Of a stretch of 64,000 bases of DNA, positions 1 to 8,915 are shown in pieces. How positions within the stretch are numbered: the first letter of the stretch is position 1; every line of letters begins with the position of its first letter. Under the pieces are notes generated by a model, which had not been told where the DNA came from, made no database searches, and saw only the letters and a program-made list of their open reading frames with translations. This stretch comes from Candidatus Melainabacteria bacterium 17Bon1m (GTDB lineage: Bacteria; Cyanobacteriota; Vampirovibrionia; Obscuribacterales; Obscuribacteraceae). The stretch covers positions 96,001 to 160,000 of the forward strand of contig JAVLKG010000006.1 in the NCBI GenBank assembly GCA_032128875.1, written 5' to 3'. The position numbers and the translations under genes are program-made.

Positions 1-192
1 CTTCCACGACTTCTTTTTAGCGCCTGGGCTTGGTTTGAGGGGATTTGCCAGGGGCAGGAACTTCCAAGACTTAGGGCGGTCATTTACTGACAACCGCAGG
101 ATTCTTAGCGCCGTTTAAGCATTTGAAGCCTGTGGAATGAATCATATGTAGACAGTTGTCCGGTAGCTTCGAAAACGAAGCGGGAGCGACTC

Positions 193-339
193 ATGGAGAA
201 GATTTCTCTGAAGACCATTTGGATGGCCGTGATGGTCGGCATGTTGATTGCTACGGCTCCCGGCTGGATGTTTGATCCGAAGCATCAGACGTCCAATTAC
301 GATGCTCCCTGGATTTATCCAGGCTGCGTGCATCACTAG
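193..339 (+). CDS. Small 48-aa protein with a hydrophobic N-terminal segment (not in the ORF track)
   Basis: Hand translation gives MEKISLKTIWMAVMVGMLIATAPGWMFDPKHQTSNYDAPWIYPGCVHH*. GGGAG lies 6 nt upstream of ATG 193, the stop is TAG 337-339, and the ORF converges on the GNAT gene without overlap. Confidence 0.55.
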   Translation: MEKISLKTIWMAVMVGMLIATAPGWMFDPKHQTSNYDAPWIYPGCVHH

Positions 340-354
340 AGCAGAAGGCTCTAC

Positions 355-942
355 CTAACCTTTGGGCTTGAGGAAGCTGTATTCGGCATCCTCAAGCATT
401 TTTTTTATAGGCGTAGGTTCGCTCGGACGGTCTTCCAGCGGGCGCAAAGGTAGCTGCCACCATGATACGTCGTGCCACTTTTCGAATTTGTATCCTACGC
501 CTTTGTACAGCCCTGTTTGCACGAAGCCAACGGACTTGTGCAACGCTTCGCTGCCAGGATTGGGCATTGTAATTCCGGCAAAGGCGTTGCAAAATCCTTG
601 TTTCTTCAAAAGTGGCAAAAGAATTTCGTAAAGGGCTTTTCCTTTGCCGGTGCCATGAAAGCCTTCTTTTACATATACCGAAACGTTGGCAGAAAATCTG
701 TAGGCAGCACGCTCCATATGTTGTCCGGCGTACGCATAAGCAACAGGTTGACCGTCTTGCTCGTAAATCAAGTACGGAAATTGCGTCAGAGTTTTTTCGA
801 TGCGGTTGCGGATTTCCTTAAGGTCGGGCGGCTCTATTTCAAATGTCGACGGCGATTTCAGGCAATACGGTGCATAGATATCCAGTACGCTTTGAGCATC
901 ATTACTGGTGGCTAATCTTATCGGTTGTACTATTGCCGTCAT
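355..942 (-). CDS. GNAT N-acetyltransferase, phosphinothricin acetyltransferase/YncA-like
   Basis: Motifs IYAPY..STFE.EPP, R.AYRFS..VSVYV, G.GKALY, N..SEALHKSVGF and VGYKF..WHDV. Start taken at MTAIVQ (942). Confidence 0.9.
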   Translation of the reverse strand: MTAIVQPIRLATSNDAQSVLDIYAPYCLKSPSTFEIEPPDLKEIRNRIEKTLTQFPYLIYEQDGQPVAYAYAGQHMERAAYRFSANVSVYVKEGFHGTGKGKALYEILLPLLKKQGFCNAFAGITMPNPGSEALHKSVGFVQTGLYKGVGYKFEKWHDVSWWQLPLRPLEDRPSEPTPIKKMLEDAEYSFLKPKG

Positions 943-1037
943 TGCCAATCGCCTCTTTTGTTGACGCTTTAACCAAACCTGTGCCACCATTCGAAACAGG
1001 CAGCAAAACTATGAATTAGATAGAATCTGAACAGCTC

Positions 1038-3425
1038 ATGATTATGTTTCCGCCAATAGTCTACAAGATTGGAAATGTCATCAAATATTCGATGATGGTC
1101 TTGTGCACTGCACTTGTTCTGGCGGTGACCATTTTTGGCGCGTTGGTTTGCTGGGATTTGCGTGATATTCCGGACCTTGCTTATCTGGAGCATTACCATC
1201 ATGGATCGCCGATTGAGATTTACGACCGCAACGATAAGCTCGTATTGACCGTCAATCCCGGTGTAAAGCATCGCGTCGTTCCCTTGAGTCAAGTTTCCAG
1301 CCAAATGACTCAAGCTGTCGTGGCTGTAGAAGATCGACAGTTTTTTGAACATGCCGGCGTTAGTTTTATCGGTGTGACACGCGCCATGCTGGTGAACATA
1401 AGGGCCGGCAGAATGGTCGAGGGCGGTTCTACAATTACGCAGCAACTAGTAAAAAATCTATTTCACGAAGGTGAGAAGCGGACATTGATCCGCAAGTTGT
1501 CCGAGACCGCACTTGCATTCATGATTGAGTGCCGCTACAGCAAATGGCAGATTTTGCAAGCTTATCTCAACGAGATCTATTTCGGAAACGGTGCTTGGGG
1601 CGTGGAACAAGCTGCGATGACTTATTTCGGAAAGCATGCTTCCGCACTTACACTGCCGGAGGCTGCATTCATCGCTGGTTTGATCAAGAGTCCGTCTATT
1701 TTGGGAAATCCAAATAATAGACTCGACGCTCTCAAGCGCCAGAAGCAAGTGCTCGGCTTGATGTCGGAAAACGGCTACATCACTTCTGGACAATATGAGT
1801 ATGCCATGATGACCCCTCTGCGTTTTGGAGGTAAAGGCACCACTGTTGATACTGCTCCATTTGATAAATACCCTTATTTCATTTCGTATGTTCTTGAAGT
1901 AGTAAAGACTCTTCTCCCGGATGAAGGTGATACAACCCGCATAGGCCGCGGGGTCAGGGTGTATACCACTCTTGATCAAGATGCCCAAAAAATCGCTGAG
2001 GCGACTATTCAAAAAGGAATTGATCGAGCGCCGCGCGGAATTGATGAAGGTGCAATTGTTGCTTGTTCTGTTTCCAACGGAGCAGTGAGAGCACTTGTCG
2101 GCGGCGCCGGAGACTTTTGGAAAAGCCAGTGGAATTGCGCTACCAACCCTCATACAGCTGGTTCTTCATTCAAACCATTTGTCTATTTGGCTGCCTTCAT
2201 CAACGGTGCGCTCGACAGTGAAAGTTTTCTCGACGATACAAAATTGGAGGTTCCTCAGATCGGTGGGACTACCTATATGCCGAAAAATTACGATGGCAAG
2301 TTTCTCGGCAAAGTGACAGTCAGACAGGCTCTCTATCAGTCGCGAAATGTTTGCGCTGTTAAAGTGGCCCGTCAAATTGGTATGCAACCAATCATCATGG
2401 CTGCTCAAGATGCAGGTATTAAGTCGCAATTGCAGCCCAATTTGTCTTTGGCATTAGGAAGCGCTGCCGTCACGCCACTGGAAATGGCTGGTGCTTACGG
2501 CACACTTGCACGAGGCGGGGTGGCCGTGGAGCCCTGGATGGTACGTATGATTACTTCGTTGGACGGCCGAGCGATTCTGCACAAATATGACCCCTATTTG
2601 CACCGCGTATTCGATCCAGCTTGTGTGCTCGAATTGAATTCAATTCTCGAAGATGTTGTAACGAAGGGGACCGGAGTCGCGGCGAAATTGAAGGACAGAA
2701 CGGTTGCCGGAAAAACCGGCACGTCTGATAACTCGACGGATCTCTGGTTTGTCGGCTTCACAACCGACATGGTTACTGCTGTGTGGGCTGGAAACAAAAA
2801 TCACAGCATGGCGATCGGTAAGAAGGTTACCGGTGGCACTGTTGCCGCTGCGATTTTCCATGACTTCAATCAAAACTATTACAAGGTGCACAAGTTGCCG
2901 CCTGGAGAGGTTGTTGCGAAATCGAGCAATTCGAAGTCGAAAGGTGACTACGAAGTCACTGCACCCATAAAAGCCGCTAAAAAAGCGCCTCCACGAGCAG
3001 CCGCTGCACAGAAGCAATGGGCGCCTGGAACACCAGAGCAGTTTCAACAAGAGTCTAAGCCTGAACTCAAGGCTCTGCCCTTGCCTCAATTGCAGCCTGA
3101 ATCAGGCACGTGGCAAGCTTCGCACCCAGCAGCAGATGCCTCGTCCAGTCCAGTTCCAAGTCCGGCTCCTGCACCGAGTCCAAAAGCTGAGCCCGTCTTG
3201 ACCGACGGCAAGGGCGGTTTGCGCGCAACAGCAGGCGCGCTGGCATTACCTGTGGTGGCACACCCAAAACGTTCTGCTCAACCGAGAAAACCGGTAAACA
3301 AAAATCGACGCGCTTATCAGACAACTTATCCGGGCGGCCGTCGCCCGGGCCAACCCGCCTCACATCCAGCCGGAGGCGTTGTAGTTCGCTCCGAAAGAGG
3401 GTTGCGAGAGTTTCGCTGGCGCTGA
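1038..3425 (+). CDS. Class A penicillin-binding protein (transglycosylase-transpeptidase, PBP1A family) with a Pro/Ala-rich C-terminal tail
   Basis: N-terminal TM. TGase motifs EDRQFFEHAG, GGSTITQQLVKN, RKLSE and YLNEIYFG; TPase motifs SSFK, SRN and KTGT. Confidence 0.95.
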   Translation: MIMFPPIVYKIGNVIKYSMMVLCTALVLAVTIFGALVCWDLRDIPDLAYLEHYHHGSPIEIYDRNDKLVLTVNPGVKHRVVPLSQVSSQMTQAVVAVEDRQFFEHAGVSFIGVTRAMLVNIRAGRMVEGGSTITQQLVKNLFHEGEKRTLIRKLSETALAFMIECRYSKWQILQAYLNEIYFGNGAWGVEQAAMTYFGKHASALTLPEAAFIAGLIKSPSILGNPNNRLDALKRQKQVLGLMSENGYITSGQYEYAMMTPLRFGGKGTTVDTAPFDKYPYFISYVLEVVKTLLPDEGDTTRIGRGVRVYTTLDQDAQKIAEATIQKGIDRAPRGIDEGAIVACSVSNGAVRALVGGAGDFWKSQWNCATNPHTAGSSFKPFVYLAAFINGALDSESFLDDTKLEVPQIGGTTYMPKNYDGKFLGKVTVRQALYQSRNVCAVKVARQIGMQPIIMAAQDAGIKSQLQPNLSLALGSAAVTPLEMAGAYGTLARGGVAVEPWMVRMITSLDGRAILHKYDPYLHRVFDPACVLELNSILEDVVTKGTGVAAKLKDRTVAGKTGTSDNSTDLWFVGFTTDMVTAVWAGNKNHSMAIGKKVTGGTVAAAIFHDFNQNYYKVHKLPPGEVVAKSSNSKSKGDYEVTAPIKAAKKAPPRAAAAQKQWAPGTPEQFQQESKPELKALPLPQLQPESGTWQASHPAADASSSPVPSPAPAPSPKAEPVLTDGKGGLRATAGALALPVVAHPKRSAQPRKPVNKNRRAYQTTYPGGRRPGQPASHPAGGVVVRSERGLREFRWR

Positions 3426-3495
3426 TGAGCCGGTTCTACGTGAAGTTTTCCCCCAGTCCTGAGAATTTCTCTCTGGAAAAATTTCGGCGTTGTCA

Positions 3496-3501
3496 TATAA
3501 T
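3496..3501 (+). promoter_or_regulatory. Putative -10 box (TATAAT) for the Gly/Arg-rich gene
   Basis: Perfect TATAAT about 24 nt upstream of the GTG start; no clear -35. Confidence 0.4.
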
Positions 3502-3524
3502 CTGCCTCTGCATATATAAGGACC

Positions 3525-4595
3525 GTGATCAAAATGGATAATAAAAAGGGCAGAAGCTCGGCTGGTGGAAAGCGCACAGGCTCAGGCGGTGCGTATGGTA
3601 AGAAGCCGGGCGGCGGCGGCGGCAAGCCCGCTGGGCGTTTTGGCAAGCCCTCTGGCGGCGGCAAACCCGGTGGCGGCAAGTTTGGCAGTAAGCCAAGAGC
3701 CGGCGGCAAGCCCAAATTCAAGTCTGAAGGTGGCGAATCGGAAGGCGGCAGCTACAAACGCACCAGCACAGACCGTACTCGTAAGTTTGAAGGTGAAGGT
3801 GGCGATAAGAAGCCTTATGGTCGTACCGGTGGTAAGTTCGCCGGCTCCGGCTCCGGTGCAGGTAGAAAGCCATATGGTCGTACATCAGAAGGCGGCGGTT
3901 ATGAAGGACGCACTTCACGCGCTCGCTCCTCGGAAGGCGGCGGTTATGAAGGACGCACTTCACGCGCTCGCTCCTCAGAAGGCGGCGGTTATGAAGGACG
4001 CACTTCGCGTGCTCGCTCCTCAGAAGGCGGCGGCTACGAAGGACGCACTTCACGCGCTCGCTCTTCGGAAGGCGGCGGCTATGAAGGACGCACCTCACGC
4101 CCACGTTCTTCGGAAGGTGGTGGTTACGCCGGACGCACCTCGCGGACCGGTTCGTCATCAGGTGGCTATGAAGGACGCTCTTCAGGAGCAAGACCCGGCT
4201 ATGAAGAACGTAAGTCGCGTGAACAATCATCTGAAGGCAGAGAAGGTCGTCCAGGTGGCGGCTATGGTCGCAGCCGTGAGGGCGGATACGACGGTGCACG
4301 GCCGCGCACGAGCCGTGATGATCGCGCACCTCGAGGCGACAGAGGTGGCTCATTCGACCAGCCAGCTGACCCGAATTCCGTTTTCCTCAAGATGACCATC
4401 AGCAAGGATCTCGTTCAAAGAGCTAAAGATCTCGCCTCCGACAATGAAATGAGCTTGACTGATTTCTTGCCCAAGCTGTTCGAAGTGGCGGTTAATTCGC
4501 TCGAGCGCGCCGCTTACCGCAAGCGCACCTATGTGACGGAAGCCGCATCGCAAAACAAAAAGACCGTAAAGACCTGGCGTCCGAAAGAAGAATAA
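3525..4595 (+). CDS. Gly/Arg/Ser-rich repeat protein with a C-terminal ribbon-helix-helix-like domain
   Basis: About 280 aa of low-complexity sequence including SEGGGYEGRTSRARS repeats, then VFLKMTI-SKDLVQRAKDLASDN-EMS-LTDFLPKLFEVAV (strand-helix-helix pattern). AAGGA precedes the GTG start. Confidence 0.75.
   Translation: MIKMDNKKGRSSAGGKRTGSGGAYGKKPGGGGGKPAGRFGKPSGGGKPGGGKFGSKPRAGGKPKFKSEGGESEGGSYKRTSTDRTRKFEGEGGDKKPYGRTGGKFAGSGSGAGRKPYGRTSEGGGYEGRTSRARSSEGGGYEGRTSRARSSEGGGYEGRTSRARSSEGGGYEGRTSRARSSEGGGYEGRTSRPRSSEGGGYAGRTSRTGSSSGGYEGRSSGARPGYEERKSREQSSEGREGRPGGGYGRSREGGYDGARPRTSRDDRAPRGDRGGSFDQPADPNSVFLKMTISKDLVQRAKDLASDNEMSLTDFLPKLFEVAVNSLERAAYRKRTYVTEAASQNKKTVKTWRPKEE
3885..4154 (+). 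repeat. 45-bp coding tandem repeat, 6 units plus degenerate copies downstream
   Basis: Unit tc(a/g)gaaggcggcggttatgaaggacgcacttcacgcgctcgctcc starts at 3885, 3930, 3975, 4020, 4065 and 4110. Differences among units 1-4 are synonymous. Confidence 0.95.
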
Positions 4596-4621
4596 GTGCG
4601 ATAAGAGCAAAACTTTGGCGT

Positions 4622-5659
4622 TCACAACAACTTTGTGAACGGCGAGAAAAGCACGTAATACATCACCGCAGATCCTAGCGCCGCTCCTGGAATAGTAATA
4701 AACCAGGCGATCAGCATTTCTCGGGCGACTAGCCAGTGCACACCCTTCTTGCGCTCAGCTGTGCCCACACCCATGACCGCAGATGTTATCACCTGAGAGG
4801 CAGATACTGGTCCGCCTGTCGCCGAGGCATAGACTAGAACCGCTGCCGCCGCCGCTTGCGTAACGAAGCCGTGGACCGGTCGTAAGCGGAAGATGTCTGT
4901 CCCTACCTTTCGCACTATCCGCGGTGCAAGTGATGCAATACCGAGAATCATTGCTGTTGCCGTGAGAATGCGCACCCAGAGCGGAACAGTGTTCACATTC
5001 ATTCCCAATGAATGAAGAGAGAGCAGAGCAACACCCATCACCTTTTGAGTGTCGTTAGCCCCATGCCCGAAAGACACCAGAGCTAAAGCAGGTAGTTGCG
5101 CCAATTTCAGCCACTTATTCACGCGCGAGCTTGCCTTCATCAGAAGAAACATGGTGATCTTGAGGGTAATGTAGCCGGCAATGAAGCCCACCATAGGAGA
5201 GAGAAACAAGCTGACTATCACCTTCGCAAGTCCTGTGGCATCGACAATGTGCCGCAGCTCGCCCCAGACGATCAGCTGCGTTCCGCCTCCTGCAGCCACC
5301 ACCGCGCCCAGTAATCCACCAACCAGTGCGTGCGTAGAACTTGATGGGAAGCCCAGTTGTTTGGTCAAATAATTCCATGTAATCGCAGCAGTCATAGCGC
5401 AGGCTAGCCAAACCAGGACTGTAGGATTGTCTGGAAAGTGAGCGATCGATTTGACGGTGCTGGCTACAGCGGAGCCGCCAAAGAGTGCACCTGAAAATTC
5501 GAAAGTGGCAACAAGCAAAACTGTTTGTTTCGGCGTCAGGGCGCGGCTGCCGATTACCGAGGCCGCAACCGTGCTGCCGTCCTGAAATCCATTGGAGTAC
5601 GCAAAAACAGCGGAGAGGAATATGACAAAAATTAGGATAATGGTTGCATCAGTGTCCAA
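4622..5659 (-). CDS. pit: Inorganic phosphate transporter, PiT family
   Basis: Multi-TM protein with PiT signatures NGFQD, PSSSTHALVGG, HGANDTQK and GPVSASQ. Confidence 0.92.
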   Translation of the reverse strand: MDTDATIILIFVIFLSAVFAYSNGFQDGSTVAASVIGSRALTPKQTVLLVATFEFSGALFGGSAVASTVKSIAHFPDNPTVLVWLACAMTAAITWNYLTKQLGFPSSSTHALVGGLLGAVVAAGGGTQLIVWGELRHIVDATGLAKVIVSLFLSPMVGFIAGYITLKITMFLLMKASSRVNKWLKLAQLPALALVSFGHGANDTQKVMGVALLSLHSLGMNVNTVPLWVRILTATAMILGIASLAPRIVRKVGTDIFRLRPVHGFVTQAAAAAVLVYASATGGPVSASQVITSAVMGVGTAERKKGVHWLVAREMLIAWFITIPGAALGSAVMYYVLFSPFTKLL

Positions 5660-5685
5660 ATTCGACTCCGTCTAAGGTTAGTCTC

Positions 5686-6321
5686 TTAGCTGATTTTCAC
5701 TATCACGTGTTGCAGTTTTGCTCCCACTCTGTCGATATGCTCGGCGGCAACAACAAAACTTCTGTAGACCTCGACCGTGCGCATGATTTTCTTTAAGTCA
5801 TTGATGGAAAAAAGCTCTCTCATCGCCTGCCGGTAGACTTTCGATAGACGATTCTCAGATTTTCGCGCCAGGGACGCTTGCACTTCGGCTTCGGAAAAGT
5901 TTTTCTCCCTCAGTGTTGTGAATGCATTGACGAGACATCGCGCGCCTTCTACCAGCGTCCGGGCCATCTCCGTCATGTAGGCATCTTCCGGATTCATCGT
6001 GAACGCTTCAATCTCGCGTGCAGTCCCTTTTGCAGAGTTGATAATTTCATCAAGGCGCGTCGAGAGGTCGTAAATATCTTCTCTATCGAATGGCGTCACA
6101 AATGAATCCACAAGCCGCTTTTGCAAATCCAGCTTGATCTCGTCTGCTTTCGACTCGAAGTCTCTCACTGTCTGGCAGCGCTCATCGGCTCCATCGTTAA
6201 TCCAGCATTCCAGCGCTTCCAGCCCGTGAAGTGTCATCGTTGCTTGATCGATGAGTATCTTGTAAAAATCGGTTTGTGGTTCAAAAACCTTGCTGAACCA
6301 GCCAGGATTCTTATCTGCCAT
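5686..6321 (-). CDS. DUF47 family phosphate transport regulator (PhoU-like)
   Basis: ESKADEI...SFVTPFDREDIYDL...LDEI motif; lies immediately upstream of pit. Confidence 0.9.
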   Translation of the reverse strand: MADKNPGWFSKVFEPQTDFYKILIDQATMTLHGLEALECWINDGADERCQTVRDFESKADEIKLDLQKRLVDSFVTPFDREDIYDLSTRLDEIINSAKGTAREIEAFTMNPEDAYMTEMARTLVEGARCLVNAFTTLREKNFSEAEVQASLARKSENRLSKVYRQAMRELFSINDLKKIMRTVEVYRSFVVAAEHIDRVGAKLQHVIVKIS

Positions 6322-6347
6322 TTTTTTTCTAGTGCTCCCCCAATATT

Positions 6348-7346
6348 CTACCCGTTGGAGGTGTTGAAGAATTCTAAGAACGCGTCTTTGACGGTTTGAG
6401 AATTGAGTTTACTTTGCGCTTTTTGCGTCGTGTTCAAGTGTGGAACAATATCTTTGATGTCCTCTGCCGACCAGATGTTCTTGCCTTCCAGTCTATTGAG
6501 CCTTTCGGCCATAGGTTTCAAATGCAGGCGTGGTTGCGGTTTTCGCACTACCGTTTCAACCCAGGTTTCATAACGATAGTAAAAATCATGGCGCTCACCA
6601 TCAGTGACCAGAATGCGCGACGAATTGGTCGAATTGTGCACGGCAAATTGATGGCAGACTGAGTGAGTCCAGCGCGCGCCGTCTACTTTTGGACGGCCCG
6701 CCACCCATTTTTTGCTGTTCGGTGTCTCAACGATACTGAAATCCAGGTCTGCATGTTCTTCGATTTTGATGGAACCGCTTCTTATAGCGTCCTCGCTCCA
6801 GTCTAGAAGCGTGTCTTCTTCTTTCCAGTACTGTTCCAAAAAATGCACGCGCTGAAATAAATTCGAGAAGCGAGGCAGCAATTCCTCGTAGAGAATTGAC
6901 GTTACTTCGTCGTATGGTCGGCGAAAGACGCCTCTATTGAGCGGCGACTTGTCTGGCTGTGCCCAAGCCTGGAGCACGAAAGCGACATGAGCAGCTTCCC
7001 GGTTTTTGTAAGTCCCGAAGTCGCCAACCGTCGCTACGTCCAGCAAGAACTCCTTTTCTGCTAGAGCTTGCTCGGGATTGAGCAGCGCAAAAATTCCGAC
7101 AATGCCGTCTTCGTCGAAATGATTGTTCGACACGGCTTCGGCTTTTGCCTTGAGAGAATCGGCTTCCGGCGAGCAAAGAAAGTTGAAAACTATCTCAGCG
7201 GAAAGGTCTGCCTTGTACGCCGAAGGACTTCCGCTGCCCGGCCAATGGCTGAGTGTGACCACTGTCGACTCAATAGGAACCGAATCGACAATGATGTTTG
7301 GGGTGGCTCCCAGACGGTTGTACGGCAGGTATTCCAAGCTTTGCAT
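6348..7346 (-). CDS. Conserved protein, DUF6687-like, with a possible DHH-type phosphoesterase motif
   Basis: PNIIVD...LSHWP...ADLSAE...NNHFDEDG...GDFG...YRYETWV pattern; family name from recall. Confidence 0.65.
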   Translation of the reverse strand: MQSLEYLPYNRLGATPNIIVDSVPIESTVVTLSHWPGSGSPSAYKADLSAEIVFNFLCSPEADSLKAKAEAVSNNHFDEDGIVGIFALLNPEQALAEKEFLLDVATVGDFGTYKNREAAHVAFVLQAWAQPDKSPLNRGVFRRPYDEVTSILYEELLPRFSNLFQRVHFLEQYWKEEDTLLDWSEDAIRSGSIKIEEHADLDFSIVETPNSKKWVAGRPKVDGARWTHSVCHQFAVHNSTNSSRILVTDGERHDFYYRYETWVETVVRKPQPRLHLKPMAERLNRLEGKNIWSAEDIKDIVPHLNTTQKAQSKLNSQTVKDAFLEFFNTSNG

Positions 7347-7591
7347 TGGCTTATTCTATGGGTTTTGTAATAAGGAAGATGACTATTTGTAATTGCGAAC
7401 AAATACGAAAGGTTTTGGTAGCTATCGCAAAAACCCTGATGCTATGCCGCTTTTGAAAAACGGCACTTTCCCTTAATAAGTAAAAATGTTGAGAAATCTA
7501 AGTTTCAAGGCACTACAGGGTTGCGTTCCCCTGACAGCTACTTACAATTAACCAACTACGAACGACAACTCCTCCTAAGCCGTTACTATCT

Positions 7592-8614
7592 ATGGGGTCT
7601 CAACTGGTAATGAAAGCTCTTGTCCTTGATAAACCGGGCACTCCCGACAGCCTGTATGCCACCGAAGTCGATCTGCCAAAACCGGGTCCTGGCGAAGTGC
7701 GCGTCCGCGTCCATGCCGCAGGTCTCAATCCAATCGACTACAAACTATGCTCCACCGGTAATCCTGACTGGAAATACCCGCAAATCCTCGGACTCGACGT
7801 CGCCGGCGTAGTTGACGCTCTCGGCGCAGACGTCGATGAGTGGATGGAAGGCGATCAAGTTTACTTCCACGGCGATTTTTCTCGCCGCGGCGGTTTCGGT
7901 CAATATGCCATTGCTAAATCCAGAGCCCTTGCCTGGATGCCTGAAGGTCTTTCCTTCATCGAAGCAGCAGCATTGCCCTGCGCAGGCTTCACCGCCTACC
8001 AGGCTCTGCACAGAAAACTCAAAGTTCAAGCTGGAAAAACCATCCTCATCCACGGCGGCGCCGGCGGAGTGGGTGGTTTCTCTGTTCAATTGGCTCGCCT
8101 GGCCGGTTTGAAAATCATCGCTACCTGCTCGCGTCACAACGCCAAGTTCGTCAAGGACCTGGGTGCCGAGCACGTCATCGACTATCAAGCTGAGAATGTC
8201 GGCGACAAAGTAAAACTCATCACGGAAGGAAAAGGCGTCGACTACATCATCGATACCGTTTCTCCCGAAAACGCTACTGCTTCGCTCTCAATGTTGGCGC
8301 TCAATGGAGCAATCGCCTGCATCGCCGGTTTGCCTGATTTCTATGAAGTCGAGCAATTGAAGAAAGCGATCTCCATCCACCAAGTGGACCTGGGCGCTGC
8401 CTATCAATCCGAAGATGAAAGCGCTCTTGATGAACTGGCAAGAATTGGTATCGAATTTGGTGCATTAGCCGCCAAGGGTCAAATCAAGCCGATGGTTGAA
8501 GAAACCGTCAGCCTGGAGGAAATTCCGGATGCTTTGACTCGTTTGTCCATGCGTCACGTTCGCGGCAAAATTGTTGCCAACGTTCCGCAAACAGCAAGAG
8601 AAACCACCAAGTAA
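7592..8614 (+). CDS. Zinc-independent MDR-family NAD(P)H:quinone oxidoreductase / zinc-binding-dehydrogenase-like protein
   Basis: GLNPIDYK, ILGLDVAGVV, HGGAGGVG nucleotide-binding loop, GKIV. The start may be ATG 7610. Confidence 0.9.
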   Translation: MGSQLVMKALVLDKPGTPDSLYATEVDLPKPGPGEVRVRVHAAGLNPIDYKLCSTGNPDWKYPQILGLDVAGVVDALGADVDEWMEGDQVYFHGDFSRRGGFGQYAIAKSRALAWMPEGLSFIEAAALPCAGFTAYQALHRKLKVQAGKTILIHGGAGGVGGFSVQLARLAGLKIIATCSRHNAKFVKDLGAEHVIDYQAENVGDKVKLITEGKGVDYIIDTVSPENATASLSMLALNGAIACIAGLPDFYEVEQLKKAISIHQVDLGAAYQSEDESALDELARIGIEFGALAAKGQIKPMVEETVSLEEIPDALTRLSMRHVRGKIVANVPQTARETTK

Positions 8615-8686
8615 GCAATCGGGCACGACGAGCAGGAGACGCCTGCTCTCCTGACCATCAGTTTGCTATTTGCGAAAGTACATAAG

Positions 8687-8719
8687 AAAGCCCCGGCTAA
8701 GCGCTGGGGCTTTTTCTTT
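8687..8719 (+). terminator. Intrinsic terminator after the oxidoreductase
   Basis: aaagccccgg-ctaagcg-ctggggcttt followed by ttcttt. A second hairpin, gagcagg/cctgctc, lies at about 8630-8648. Confidence 0.75.
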
Positions 8720-8915
8720 GATGACTAAAAGTTAACAAGCCGTCGCCAGGCTGTTGCCCTGCATTGTCAGCCTGTAAGCGTTTTGAAAACTTTCCCAGAA
8801 GCAAGCCTGTGTGGGGCTCATTCCTTAAGCCTCCTTACTTGGCAATGACCGTGACCATAAGGGACAATGCGCCTTTCTGAAGCATTTCGCATGGGCCGCC
8901 TGGAGGAAAACTAAG

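Noticed and set aside
142-336. 64-aa minus-strand ORF
   Set aside because: No RBS or protein-like features; the + strand ORF at 193-339 is better supported.
3885-4154. Regular repeat array resembling CRISPR
   Set aside because: The units are contiguous 45-bp in-frame repeats with no unique spacers, and no cas genes are in the window.
3565-4395. 276-aa alternative-frame ORF and 211-aa antisense ORF over the repeat gene
   Set aside because: They stay open because of the repeat. Variation between units is synonymous in the 3525 frame, and neither has an RBS.
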